Assembly (NCBI GenBank): GCA_964577695.1 | Contig: CAZOAL010000046.1 | Location: 39,904 to 63,903, forward strand | DNA: 24,000 bases | Reading direction: 5' to 3' | From: an uncultured bacterium | GTDB taxonomy: Bacteria > Poribacteria > WGA-4E > PCPOR2b | Part shown: piece after piece, positions 14,295 through 21,738 of the stretch | Numbering within the stretch: position 1 is the first letter of the stretch | Layout of the letters: each line of letters starts with the position of its first letter | Notes under the pieces: model-generated | Seen by the model: the letters and a program-made list of their open reading frames with translations, nothing else | Databases searched by the model: none | Told to the model about the DNA's origin: nothing | Made by a program: the position numbers and the translations under genes

Positions 14295-14604
14295 CCTCCT
14301 TCCCGGCTTTTCTCATCTTACCTTTTGAAATGAAAAATGCAGTGATGATGAAACCTTCGTCATTAAGATGCTTCACAACCACCATCAGGTATTTCTCAGT
14401 AACAGGGGGTTGCCGAAAGTATTTGTAATACTGATAATTTTCTTCCTTTGGACAATAATAAACGACATCGGGAGTAAGCAAAGTTCGCTTCATTTTCTGA
14501 GTTTGGCGGTCAAGTTCCTTGTGTTTGCGCAAGATATGAATCCACTGGACATCGGTGAGTCTTATTTTCTTTCCAAGCTTTGAGATGGTTTCAAAAATGA
14601 CCAT
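14266..14604 (-). CDS. putative toxin partner of DUF2283 (DUF4258/BECR-fold-like), family uncertain
   Basis: 112 aa. IRLTDVQWIHILRKHKEL....MKRTLLTPDVVY....KYLMVVVKHLNDEGFIITAFFISKG has the layout of small RNase-like toxins that precede DUF2283 genes. The assignment rests on gene order and pattern only. Confidence 0.45.
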   Translation of the reverse strand: MVIFETISKLGKKIRLTDVQWIHILRKHKELDRQTQKMKRTLLTPDVVYYCPKEENYQYYKYFRQPPVTEKYLMVVVKHLNDEGFIITAFFISKGKMRKAGKEVVYGPEDLH

Positions 14605-14882
14605 TGATGTAAGGATACCACTCCTTGAACATGTCCTTCAGCGTTGTCGTTTATGACAATTCATCCGATGAAAATATAACCCATTTATTCCCAAAAGGCA
14701 AGTCTCTTTTTACGGAATTGACATTCGTGAAATGTGCTCCGTATTCGTTGCGCATTTCACGCAGCCACAACCGGATCTATGCTAAAATAAAATCGGTCTT
14801 TTTGTGTGCTCATCATGAAAAAATTTTGAGGGATGTAATTTTCGAGTCATTTGCTTTGTCTATATAAGTGAAGGCAGCCAAT

Positions 14883-15001
14883 GATATGAGTTCTTCCGTT
14901 AGCCTCGTAGAACGAGCAGCTTGCTCGTTCGGAACACGAGTGAATAATCTAAACAAGCTGGCAGCTTGTTCTACTTTGCCCTTCAGCGAAAAACTCATAT
15001 C
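14883..15001. repeat. 119-nt nested inverted-repeat element (REPIN/MITE-like) in the leader of the sigma-factor remnant
   Basis: Outer 10-bp perfect IR: GATATGAGTT (14883-14892) / AACTCATATC (14992-15001). Inside are GTAGAACGAGCAGCTTGCTCGTTC (14907-14930) and the inverted GTAGAACAAGCTGCCAGCTTGTTT (read from 14974 down to 14951). Confidence 0.7.
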
Positions 15002-15018
15002 CAGAAAGGAGCAAAACC

Positions 15019-15264
15019 GTGCGCACTGAAGATGGGTATATCATCGACAAATGCCTCAATGGGGAGCCGGAAGCCTTTGGATTTCTGGTGGACAAGTACA
15101 AAGAGAGCATTTATGCGTTCGCGTATACCAGACTCTGCAACTTCCACGATGCCGAGGACATCACGCAAGAGGTGTTCATCAAAGCCTATCAGAAACTGAG
15201 CACCTTGAAACGGTGGGATAAATTCTTGGCATGGCTCTATTCCATCACGGCGAACCTGTGCAAG
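15019..15264 (+). pseudogene. ECF-type sigma-70 factor, N-terminal (region 2) fragment only
   Basis: GTG start with AAAGGAG 7 nt upstream. AFGFLVDKYKESIYAFAYTRLCNFHDAEDITQEVFIKAYQKL..LKRWDKFLAWLYSITANLCK is sigma region 2. The homology ends at about 15264 and no region 4 follows. Confidence 0.7.
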
Positions 15265-15727
15265 CACCGTCGTCAATGGGAAAATTTATGTCATGGGAGG
15301 GTACGAGGATGCTCCTGCAAGGATGTTCAAAACCGTAGACGAGTATGACCCATTGAAAAATACATGGACAAAGAAAAACGATATGCTGATGGCAAGATTG
15401 GCTTTTTCTGCCAGCGTGGTGGATGGGAAGATTTATGTCATTGGCGGAGGCGTGTTTGCAGGACCGGCTATGGCAGACGTTCATGCCTACGACCCTCAGT
15501 TGAATATGTGGTCCAAAAAAGCACCAATACCAACACCCCGGCGCGATTTTGCAACTGCCGTGGTGGATGGTAAAATTTATGCTATCGGCGGAACCTCCGG
15601 CCCCCCGTGGCCAGCCTTCTCAACGGTGGAGATGTATGACCCTTCCACAAACACCTGGACCAGGAAAGCGGACATGCCGACCGCGAGAACTGCTTTATCG
15701 GTCTGCGCAGTCAACTTGACAACTTAA
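15257..15727 (+). pseudogene. Kelch-repeat beta-propeller fragment (about 3 blades), truncated at both ends, out of frame with the sigma fragment
   Basis: A different frame reads ..CASTVVNGKIYVMGGYED..YDPLKNTWTKKNDM..ASVVDGKIYVIGG..YDPQLNMWSKKAPIPTPR..TAVVDGKIYAIGG..YDPSTNTWTRKADMPTAR..SVCAVN, then LTT*. It has no start codon context of its own, and the last blade is cut inside the AVNGKIY motif. Confidence 0.7.
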
Positions 15728-15742
15728 GGGATCTCGACGCCT

Positions 15743-15900
15743 TGAACTCAAGTTCAGGCTGATAGCTCAAGTCCACTGAAGTGGACTGAAACCAATCTTA
15801 GTCGGCTTCAGCCGACTTGAGCTATGAGCTCCGATAGATCGGCCTGTCCCGATCCCATCGGGGAGTCTTCGCTTCGCTCGATCTGCGAATTGATTCGCAG
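15743..15900. repeat. cluster of short palindromes including a 64-nt three-way nested inverted repeat
   Basis: TGAACT-ca-AGTTCA (15743-15756). ATAGCTCAAGT (15762-15772) / ACTTGAGCTAT (15815-15825) encloses AGTCCAC-tgaa-GTGGACT (15770-15787) and AGTCGGC-ttca-GCCGACT (15800-15817). Then CCGAT-ag-ATCGG, CCCGAT-cc-ATCGGG, and CTGCGAAT-tg-ATTCGCAG (15883-15900). Confidence 0.75.
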
Positions 15901-15939
15901 GCTGAAGTCCATCCGTATGGGGGCGTCATTTTTCTATGC

Positions 15940-18669
15940 CTAACGTCGTCGATTGACAAGATTCAGGGGGAGCAGCATGAGAATACAGAATGGAAGAATC
16001 CACTCCCACTCTGCTATCAGCGGGTCAACCCCTAAAATCTGCTGCGTGGCTGGGAGATAAATAACGAGTAGATGCCCCCCCGCGCACGCGAAAATCGTGA
16101 TGAATAAGGGAATATTCGCCCTGATCCTTTGGAAGAGCGATTCCCATGGATGGCGATGGCATTGAAAACTTGAAAACAATTGCGTGAAAATCAATGTGGT
16201 CAATGCAGCCGTTTGGGCTTGGCGTTTTGCCTCCTCCGTCATGGGGCCAAAAGCCTGAAGGGTCACGACAAAGCTAACAATTGTCATCAACGCGATGACC
16301 AGGCTGCGCAATAGCACATCAAGATGGTAGGCTTTAGATAAGAACGGGTGAACTTTTTGAGGCGTGTTGTCTTGTAGATTCCCTCGAATTCGATCTTGTC
16401 CAAGCGCAATCAACGGAATCAAATTAACAATGGTGTGGACCCACAAGATTTGATACAAGGTCAACGGCATTGGAAATTGATACAGTAGATGAAGCCCAAA
16501 TCCGATGAGAAGCGTGAGCATTTGTGCAAGGTTGCAAGAGAGTAGCCAACGCATCGCGTTTCTCAAGTTGCTATACGATTCCCGCGCATGGAGCAACGCA
16601 TCCACAATGACCTGAAAACCGTCTTTGAGTACCAGACAGCCTGCATTCCGTTGAACAATATGGGATGAACGGAATACAGAAGCGAAACTCACATCGGCGG
16701 CGCGCATCGCTCGTAAGTCCTTTGGCGATTTTCCACAAAAACCGATGGATAGTCCGTAACGTTTCAGGGATTGAACCAGATTCAGTTTATGCTCTGGAGA
16801 GGGACGGGAATAGACCCGTAAGCGCTCCACGATTGAATCGTAATGTTCGGCGATAAATCCATCCAGGTCTTCTTTTGTAGCAACTGCGTTTTTATCCTGA
16901 ATGAGCCCCAGTTCCTGTGCGATGTCTGAAGCCATATCCCGGTCCTTGTTTGTCATCATGATAATTTTAAGCCCGGCATCTAAACCCGATTGAATCACCT
17001 CCTTTGAGTCAGTATATGGGAGCTGCATAAATGCAACTAAACCTAAAAAAGTCAGGTTCTTTCCCATCTCCTCCTGAGATGGGGGCACCAGTCGATTTTG
17101 ATAAGAAAGCCCGTAGACCTGAGTTTTTTGGGAGGATAGATATTGAATCACTTGTTGCGTCAATTGCTTGTGATCAAAGGTCATGTCGCCAATGGTTCCA
17201 TGCAGTTGAATCCGTTGGCACGTTTTCAACACGGCTTCTGCATCACCAAAGATGAGATGCAAAAACTTATTCTGTGAGGTTGCAAAGACGAGGGTTTTGT
17301 ATGGGCGTTCAGGGGTCTGAGGCAGTTCATCCACTTTAGAGAAGGTTGAGTCATATTGCGCCAAATCAAAACCAATGTGTTCAGCAATTTGGTTCAGCAC
17401 ATCATCCCTACTCGCTTCGGCCAAATTTCTTGGCATATTTCGCCCCGCAGCGGTACAACGGCTCGCAAGCAACATCAACGATGGAAATCCTGGCGGAATC
17501 TGCGCATCCAGTGGTGTTGCCGGAATTGAATCTCCTTCTGTTTCTTCATCTGCTGCCGCCTCATCACGGGCTTTCAGCCACGCTTCCCATGTTTCCCGCT
17601 GCAGAAGTTGTTCATCAACGAAGACATGAGAAGCGATCACCTCCTCTTGGGTGAACTTTCCGATCTCATCGACGCAAACACCGGTGACACTGCTCAATCG
17701 TTCCAAACTGACCCGATGTCCACAAGTCGCAACGCCTTTTCCGAATAGCTTGTGGGCATGGTTAGCAAGGGTGGCTTGGGTGGTTGAAACCAGGCCTTCG
17801 GGAATGGAAGCAATCACGAAACTCAAGCCGACGAAAAGAAGTTCAACCCAAACCTCCTGAAGGTCTTTGCCTTGAAACCTCCATTCTGTGACGAACGCAA
17901 GCCCTCCCAAGATTAAACCTGCAATCTTAAAATAGTCATAAAGGGCCCCCATCTGCATCTCCGCTTCTGGCTCTAAATCGAGCGTCGCCGGCACCTTTCG
18001 ATTGGGGTTGTTAATCTCTAATCGTCTGCCTGTTCCGACAACAATTGCCCGCCCACTCCCTTCCAGAATATATGTTCCAGCGAAAACCATGTTCCTCTGT
18101 TTTTCAGTGAGCAAACCGGGTTCGGTGATGTCTTCTGCGGTCTTTTGAACGGGCGCGGACGTTCCGAATAGCGGGGTCTCATCAACGACCAGCGAGTGAG
18201 CATCAACGATTCGGGCGTCAGCGGGGATATAATCCCCCTCATTCAATAGCAGCACATCCCCCGGCACAATCGCTGTGGGGGGGACCTTCACGATCGCGCC
18301 CTCCCGAATGATTGAGCTACTTACCTCTAAATGACGCTGAAGGGTTTGAAGCTTATCGTGTGTCTTGGCATCCTGGATGAATCGCCAAAACAGATGAAAA
18401 CAAAGAATGGAAAAGGGCACCCACGCTTTGTCAATCGCACCCAGAGGATATACAATCGCGATAATGATAACAACCAAAGCAATAACCGTGATACTGAAAA
18501 ATTGCTTCAGGAAGATGAACCAAAGGGATTTTTTACGAGCGGGTCGAATCTCGTTGCTGCCATGTTTTTCCTGTTGGGCATTCGCGTCTTCAGTGCTGAG
18601 TCCACGCTCAAGGTCTGTTTTGAATTCATGCAACAGATGGGGAATTTTACGAGTATACCAATCTAACAT
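15940..18669 (-). CDS. P-type (E1-E2) ATPase homologue with degenerate catalytic motifs
   Basis: I prefer the ATG at 18669 (MLDWYTRKIPHLLHEFKTDLERGLSTEDANAQQEKHGSNEI, a cation-ATPase N-terminal domain). Also present: the TM4 PEGL motif (ASIPEGLV), overall A/P/N-domain order, and the C-terminal TM bundle. The signature motifs read LFGTS, DEIGKFT, FGDAE, LPYTD, MTNKD and GKSPKD instead of LTGES, DKTGTLT, KGAPE, DPPR, MITGD and GDGVND. Confidence 0.8.
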   Translation of the reverse strand: MLDWYTRKIPHLLHEFKTDLERGLSTEDANAQQEKHGSNEIRPARKKSLWFIFLKQFFSITVIALVVIIIAIVYPLGAIDKAWVPFSILCFHLFWRFIQDAKTHDKLQTLQRHLEVSSSIIREGAIVKVPPTAIVPGDVLLLNEGDYIPADARIVDAHSLVVDETPLFGTSAPVQKTAEDITEPGLLTEKQRNMVFAGTYILEGSGRAIVVGTGRRLEINNPNRKVPATLDLEPEAEMQMGALYDYFKIAGLILGGLAFVTEWRFQGKDLQEVWVELLFVGLSFVIASIPEGLVSTTQATLANHAHKLFGKGVATCGHRVSLERLSSVTGVCVDEIGKFTQEEVIASHVFVDEQLLQRETWEAWLKARDEAAADEETEGDSIPATPLDAQIPPGFPSLMLLASRCTAAGRNMPRNLAEASRDDVLNQIAEHIGFDLAQYDSTFSKVDELPQTPERPYKTLVFATSQNKFLHLIFGDAEAVLKTCQRIQLHGTIGDMTFDHKQLTQQVIQYLSSQKTQVYGLSYQNRLVPPSQEEMGKNLTFLGLVAFMQLPYTDSKEVIQSGLDAGLKIIMMTNKDRDMASDIAQELGLIQDKNAVATKEDLDGFIAEHYDSIVERLRVYSRPSPEHKLNLVQSLKRYGLSIGFCGKSPKDLRAMRAADVSFASVFRSSHIVQRNAGCLVLKDGFQVIVDALLHARESYSNLRNAMRWLLSCNLAQMLTLLIGFGLHLLYQFPMPLTLYQILWVHTIVNLIPLIALGQDRIRGNLQDNTPQKVHPFLSKAYHLDVLLRSLVIALMTIVSFVVTLQAFGPMTEEAKRQAQTAALTTLIFTQLFSSFQCHRHPWESLFQRIRANIPLFITIFACAGGHLLVIYLPATQQILGVDPLIAEWEWILPFCILMLLPLNLVNRRR

Positions 18670-18694
18670 GCTTATTTGAAGAATAGGGTGGGGG

Positions 18695-18773
18695 GGCGAG
18701 TGTGTGAGGGGGCGAGTGTGTGAGGGAGCGAGTGCTTGTTTCCACGCCCCCACGCCTCCACGCCCCCACGCTC
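18695..18773. repeat. two adjacent tandem arrays: 16-mer GGCGAGTGTGTGAGGG (2.5 units) and 8-mer CCACGCCC (4 units)
   Basis: 18695-18734: GGCGAGTGTGTGAGGG GGCGAGTGTGTGAGGG AGCGAGTG. 18742-18773: CCACGCCC CCACGCCT CCACGCCC CCACGCTC. The arrays fill the thrB-ATPase intergenic gap, and the last unit overlaps the thrB stop. Confidence 0.85.
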
Positions 18774-19683
18774 ATTCACTGGTTCGCACAGTTGCGCCGG
18801 TAGAATCGATAGATAAAACCTTAACGTCGCAAGAAATCTGGTGCCGAGCAAATGCACCACGCATCTGAACTGCGACCTCCTGCGTTGATGTTATGCAATA
18901 GGCGGCAATGCTTGGGCCTGCGCCACTTAATGCGACACTTAATGCACCAGCATCCATCGCCGCTTCAGCCACTTCATTGAATCCCGGAATCAAGGGGGCG
19001 CGATAGGGTTGGTGCAATCGATCGCCCATCGCGAAAGATAGAATGTCTAAATTGCCGGTTGCGATTGCGGCAACCAGTAACGAACTTCGGCTCACGTTAT
19101 AGATGGCGTCAGCAAATTGAACCGTTTGCGGTAGTACACTCCGCGCTTGTTTGGTTGATAATGGAAAGTCCGGAATTGCTACGACAACGCGAAGTTTGGG
19201 GCCACAATCCAACTTGATGGTATGGACATGATTCCCCTGCATCGCCGATACGACGAGGCCCCCTAACAGCGAAGCCGCCACATTATCGGGGTGTCCATCT
19301 AGCTCTGTCGCAAAATCGAGTAATTCCGAGCGCGAGAATGGTTCACCGCACAGGGCATTCGCGGTCAGCAAGCCACCAAGGATCGCCGTGCCACTGCCCC
19401 CCAACCCCCGAATCGCCGGAATCCCATTGGTCAAAGTCAACCTGAGCCCTTTGGGTTGATAGCCACTTCGCTCGAAAACCAAATTGGCAGATTGGTAGGC
19501 AATATTATCGGTATCGCTTGAAATTTTATCCGAATCGACGCCACGGACGACAACCTCAACCCCGTTGTCAACCTCTTCTAACTCGACCGTGCTGTAAAGT
19601 TGGAGGGCGAGCCCGAGGACATCGAAACCGGGGCCTAAATTGGTTGTGCTCGCGGGAATGCGAGCGGTTGCTTTGTGGGGCAT
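18772..19683 (-). CDS. thrB: homoserine kinase
   Basis: 303 aa. N-terminal ARIPASTTNLGPGFDVLGLAL, GHMP-kinase motif IPAIRGLGGSGTAILGG, and length and overall pattern typical of ThrB. Confidence 0.9.
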   Translation of the reverse strand: MPHKATARIPASTTNLGPGFDVLGLALQLYSTVELEEVDNGVEVVVRGVDSDKISSDTDNIAYQSANLVFERSGYQPKGLRLTLTNGIPAIRGLGGSGTAILGGLLTANALCGEPFSRSELLDFATELDGHPDNVAASLLGGLVVSAMQGNHVHTIKLDCGPKLRVVVAIPDFPLSTKQARSVLPQTVQFADAIYNVSRSSLLVAAIATGNLDILSFAMGDRLHQPYRAPLIPGFNEVAEAAMDAGALSVALSGAGPSIAAYCITSTQEVAVQMRGAFARHQISCDVKVLSIDSTGATVRTSE

Positions 19684-19791
19684 ATATTTACCGACTCTCT
19701 AGCAAACTGGACCACCGCGGCCGGTGGTTGGAATAAACGTTGATTAGATGAATTAAGCGAGCATGGTTAGGGAAACGAGTTGTAACATGGC

Positions 19792-20139
19792 TCACAATCC
19801 TAAAGTATGGCGTAGCGCGGCGTCCACATCCGTCATATCAGGAAGTGTGCCGATGACTGAATCAATCGCCTTCTCCAACACAGTCGCCAAATTGTCCGTC
19901 ATGATAACCGAATCCATAGCCAAACCCGACACGACACCAGCAGGCGACGATAGTGGCACGAACACACGGCTGGGATGTCCCAGGCGTGACGAGTTGCTGG
20001 TAATCATTGCCAGCACAACCTGCGGGATTCCAGTCCCCAGATTGTCGGCTTGCACCACCAATGCGGGACGCCGCTGAAACGTTTGCAGGTCGCTATGAGG
20101 AAACCAGACCAGCACAACGTTGCCGCGCTTATAGGGCAT
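19792..20139 (-). CDS. MazF/PemK-family toxin (mRNA interferase)
   Basis: 115 aa. KRGNVVLVWFPHSDLQTFQRRPALVVQAD.......VVLAMITSN.....PSRVFV......GL..DSVIMTDNLATV.....DSVIGTL fits the PemK/MazF pattern. The start overlaps the upstream gene by 11 nt. Confidence 0.85.
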   Translation of the reverse strand: MPYKRGNVVLVWFPHSDLQTFQRRPALVVQADNLGTGIPQVVLAMITSNSSRLGHPSRVFVPLSSPAGVVSGLAMDSVIMTDNLATVLEKAIDSVIGTLPDMTDVDAALRHTLGL

Positions 20140-20356
20140 CGTACCCCTCCATACCAGGCGCGTTCCAGTCCTCTTCCCATGCTGCTAACTTTCCGCGTAA
20201 CTCGGCAATCTCCGCTGGTGTGAACAACGGCGGACGGCCCTTTATGCCTACCTTCGGCAGAAACGTCACAATCACTCGCGCTTCTTCAACGTCTTCAGGC
20301 ATTTCCAACAATTCCACCTTACCGTCTTGATAAATGCCTTCCACAGACTTCAGCAT
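20129..20356 (-). CDS. AF2212/DUF104-like antitoxin
   Basis: 75 aa. VEGIYQDGKVELLEMPEDVEEARVIVTFL resembles the AF2212-like antitoxin N-terminal beta domain (i.a.YenGv.kP.e.v.l.eG..v.i). GGAGGG lies 6 nt upstream of the ATG. Confidence 0.65.
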   Translation of the reverse strand: MLKSVEGIYQDGKVELLEMPEDVEEARVIVTFLPKVGIKGRPPLFTPAEIAELRGKLAAWEEDWNAPGMEGYDAL

Positions 20357-20384
20357 TGTCGTCCCTCCACTTTATCAGAGACAC

Positions 20385-21551
20385 TTACCGAATCTTTGCA
20401 ATCGCGGCCTCCATACGGGCTAAGGCTTCACGGATATTCTCCAACGAGTTTGCATAAGATAGCCTTAAATATCCATCCCCGAATTTGCCGAAGGCGGTGC
20501 CAGGCAACACGGCAACCCCCGCATCGTCAAGTAGATAGTCTGCTAACTTCTGACAGGAGAGGGGCAGTTTCGTGACATTCGGAAACACATAGAAAGAACC
20601 AAGCGGTTTGATGCAACTCACACCCTCAATTGCATTCAGACCATCAACGATGGCGTCGCGTCGCTTTTTGAATTCAGCCACCATCTGGACGACGAAATCT
20701 TGCGGCCCCTTCAGGGCTTCAATCCCGGCAATCTGAGTAAACGAGGCGGTGCATGAGTTGGAATTGATCATCAACTGAGTAATCTTATCCGCCATCGGTT
20801 TGGGAGCGATTCCGTAGCCGAGCCGCCAACCGGTCATCGCATACGTTTTGGAGTGACCTTCAATCAGGATAGTCCGCTCCTTCATCCCGGGGAAACCGAT
20901 AATGCTGTCATGGGTTCCCTCGTAAAGGATGCGCGAATAGACCTCATCCGTCAACACATAAAAATTGTGTTTAATTGCAAGGTCGGCAATCGCTTCTAAA
21001 TCCGCTCTTTCCAGCGTGCCGCCTGTCGGATTTTGAGGGGAGTTGATAATCAAGAGCCGCGTCCGGTCCGAAATCGCTGAAACGAGGTCGTCAATCCGAA
21101 AGCGGAAGCCAACTTCCTCGCGCAGGGGGAGAGGCACCGATTTCCCGCTAACGAAGTCAATGAGCGATTCATAAATCGGAAACCCCGGGTCAGGGTAGAT
21201 GACTTCGTCCCCCTCATCAATCAGCGCCAAAATGGTGAAGAAGATAATCGGTTTCGCACCGGGGGTAACGGCGACCTCGTCTGGGTGAATATCGACGCCC
21301 CTTGTTTCTGAAATATATTCAGCAACGACTTCACGAAATTCGAGCAATCCGGCGGAGGGACCGTATCCGGTGTATCCATCCTGCATGGCCTTAAACGCCG
21401 CTTCGCAAATATTTAACGGTGTTTTGAAATCGGGCTGACCAATTTCAAGGTGGATAATACTTTTGCCCTGTGCCTCTAAGCCTTTTGCTTTTGCCAATAC
21501 CTCGAAAGCGGATTCAGTCCCCAAACGGTTCATGCGTTCTGCAAAATTCAT
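20385..21551 (-). CDS. class-I pyridoxal-phosphate-dependent aminotransferase (aspartate aminotransferase-like)
   Basis: 388 aa. ESAFEVLAKAKGLEAQGKSIIHLEIGQPDFKTP, NSPQNPTG, and PLP-lysine block HSKTYAMTGWRLGY. GGAGG lies 5 nt upstream of the ATG. Confidence 0.9.
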   Translation of the reverse strand: MNFAERMNRLGTESAFEVLAKAKGLEAQGKSIIHLEIGQPDFKTPLNICEAAFKAMQDGYTGYGPSAGLLEFREVVAEYISETRGVDIHPDEVAVTPGAKPIIFFTILALIDEGDEVIYPDPGFPIYESLIDFVSGKSVPLPLREEVGFRFRIDDLVSAISDRTRLLIINSPQNPTGGTLERADLEAIADLAIKHNFYVLTDEVYSRILYEGTHDSIIGFPGMKERTILIEGHSKTYAMTGWRLGYGIAPKPMADKITQLMINSNSCTASFTQIAGIEALKGPQDFVVQMVAEFKKRRDAIVDGLNAIEGVSCIKPLGSFYVFPNVTKLPLSCQKLADYLLDDAGVAVLPGTAFGKFGDGYLRLSYANSLENIREALARMEAAIAKIR

Positions 21552-21579
21552 TTACACCTCCATAAAGACAAACGGAAAG

Positions 21580-21613
21580 AGAAAACCGAGTTTTTCAGAA
21601 AAACTCGGTTTCT
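21580..21613 (-). terminator. intrinsic terminator-like hairpin (usable in both directions)
   Basis: AAACCGAGTTT (21583-21593) / 7-nt loop / AAACTCGGTTT (21601-21611). On the minus strand it is followed directly by TTTTCTCTTTCC. It lies between the BNR gene and the aminotransferase gene. Confidence 0.55.
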
Positions 21614-21614
21614 A

Positions 21615-21738
21615 AATGATGAGCGAAGGGCAGACCCAGACTTCCGAAGTTTCAACACACCGGTTGCGCCGAGATGATACACCCCCGTGAGAAAATTGAA
21701 AAAGCACAGGTTGGGTATCAAACTTCGGAAGTCTCAGT
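21615..21738. repeat. 124-nt segment with 15-bp perfect terminal-type inverted repeats, flanked by a 17-nt direct repeat (MITE-like)
   Basis: IR: AGACTTCCGAAGTTT (21638-21652) / AAACTTCGGAAGTCT (21720-21734). Direct repeat GAAAAACTCGGTTTCTA at 21598-21614 and 21739-21755. The IR sequence matches the palindrome pair at 10085-10117. Confidence 0.55.

Noticed and set aside
14654-14779. Small minus-strand ORF (..LWLREMRNEYGAHFTNVNSVKRDLPFGNKWVIFSSDELS*) upstream of the toxin-like gene
   Set aside because: It is only 34-39 codons, with no SD before either candidate start, and I recognise no family. It may be a gene remnant, but that cannot be supported.
14813-14998. 61-aa minus-strand ORF and 14625-14867 plus-strand ORF in the gene-free region
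   Set aside because: The first is a translation of the nested inverted-repeat element. The second has no SD, odd composition, and lies in AT-rich non-coding DNA.
15293-15727. Kelch ORF as an intact 144-aa gene
   Set aside because: Kelch homology continues upstream of the Met with no start context. The last blade is cut mid-motif, and three blades cannot close a propeller. I treat it as a fragment.
18670-18860. N-terminal extension of the ATPase ORF to 18753 and ORF 18672-18860
   Set aside because: Both are translations of the 16-mer and 8-mer tandem repeats (PSHTRPLTHSPPHP..). The cation-ATPase N-terminal domain begins at the Met at 18669.
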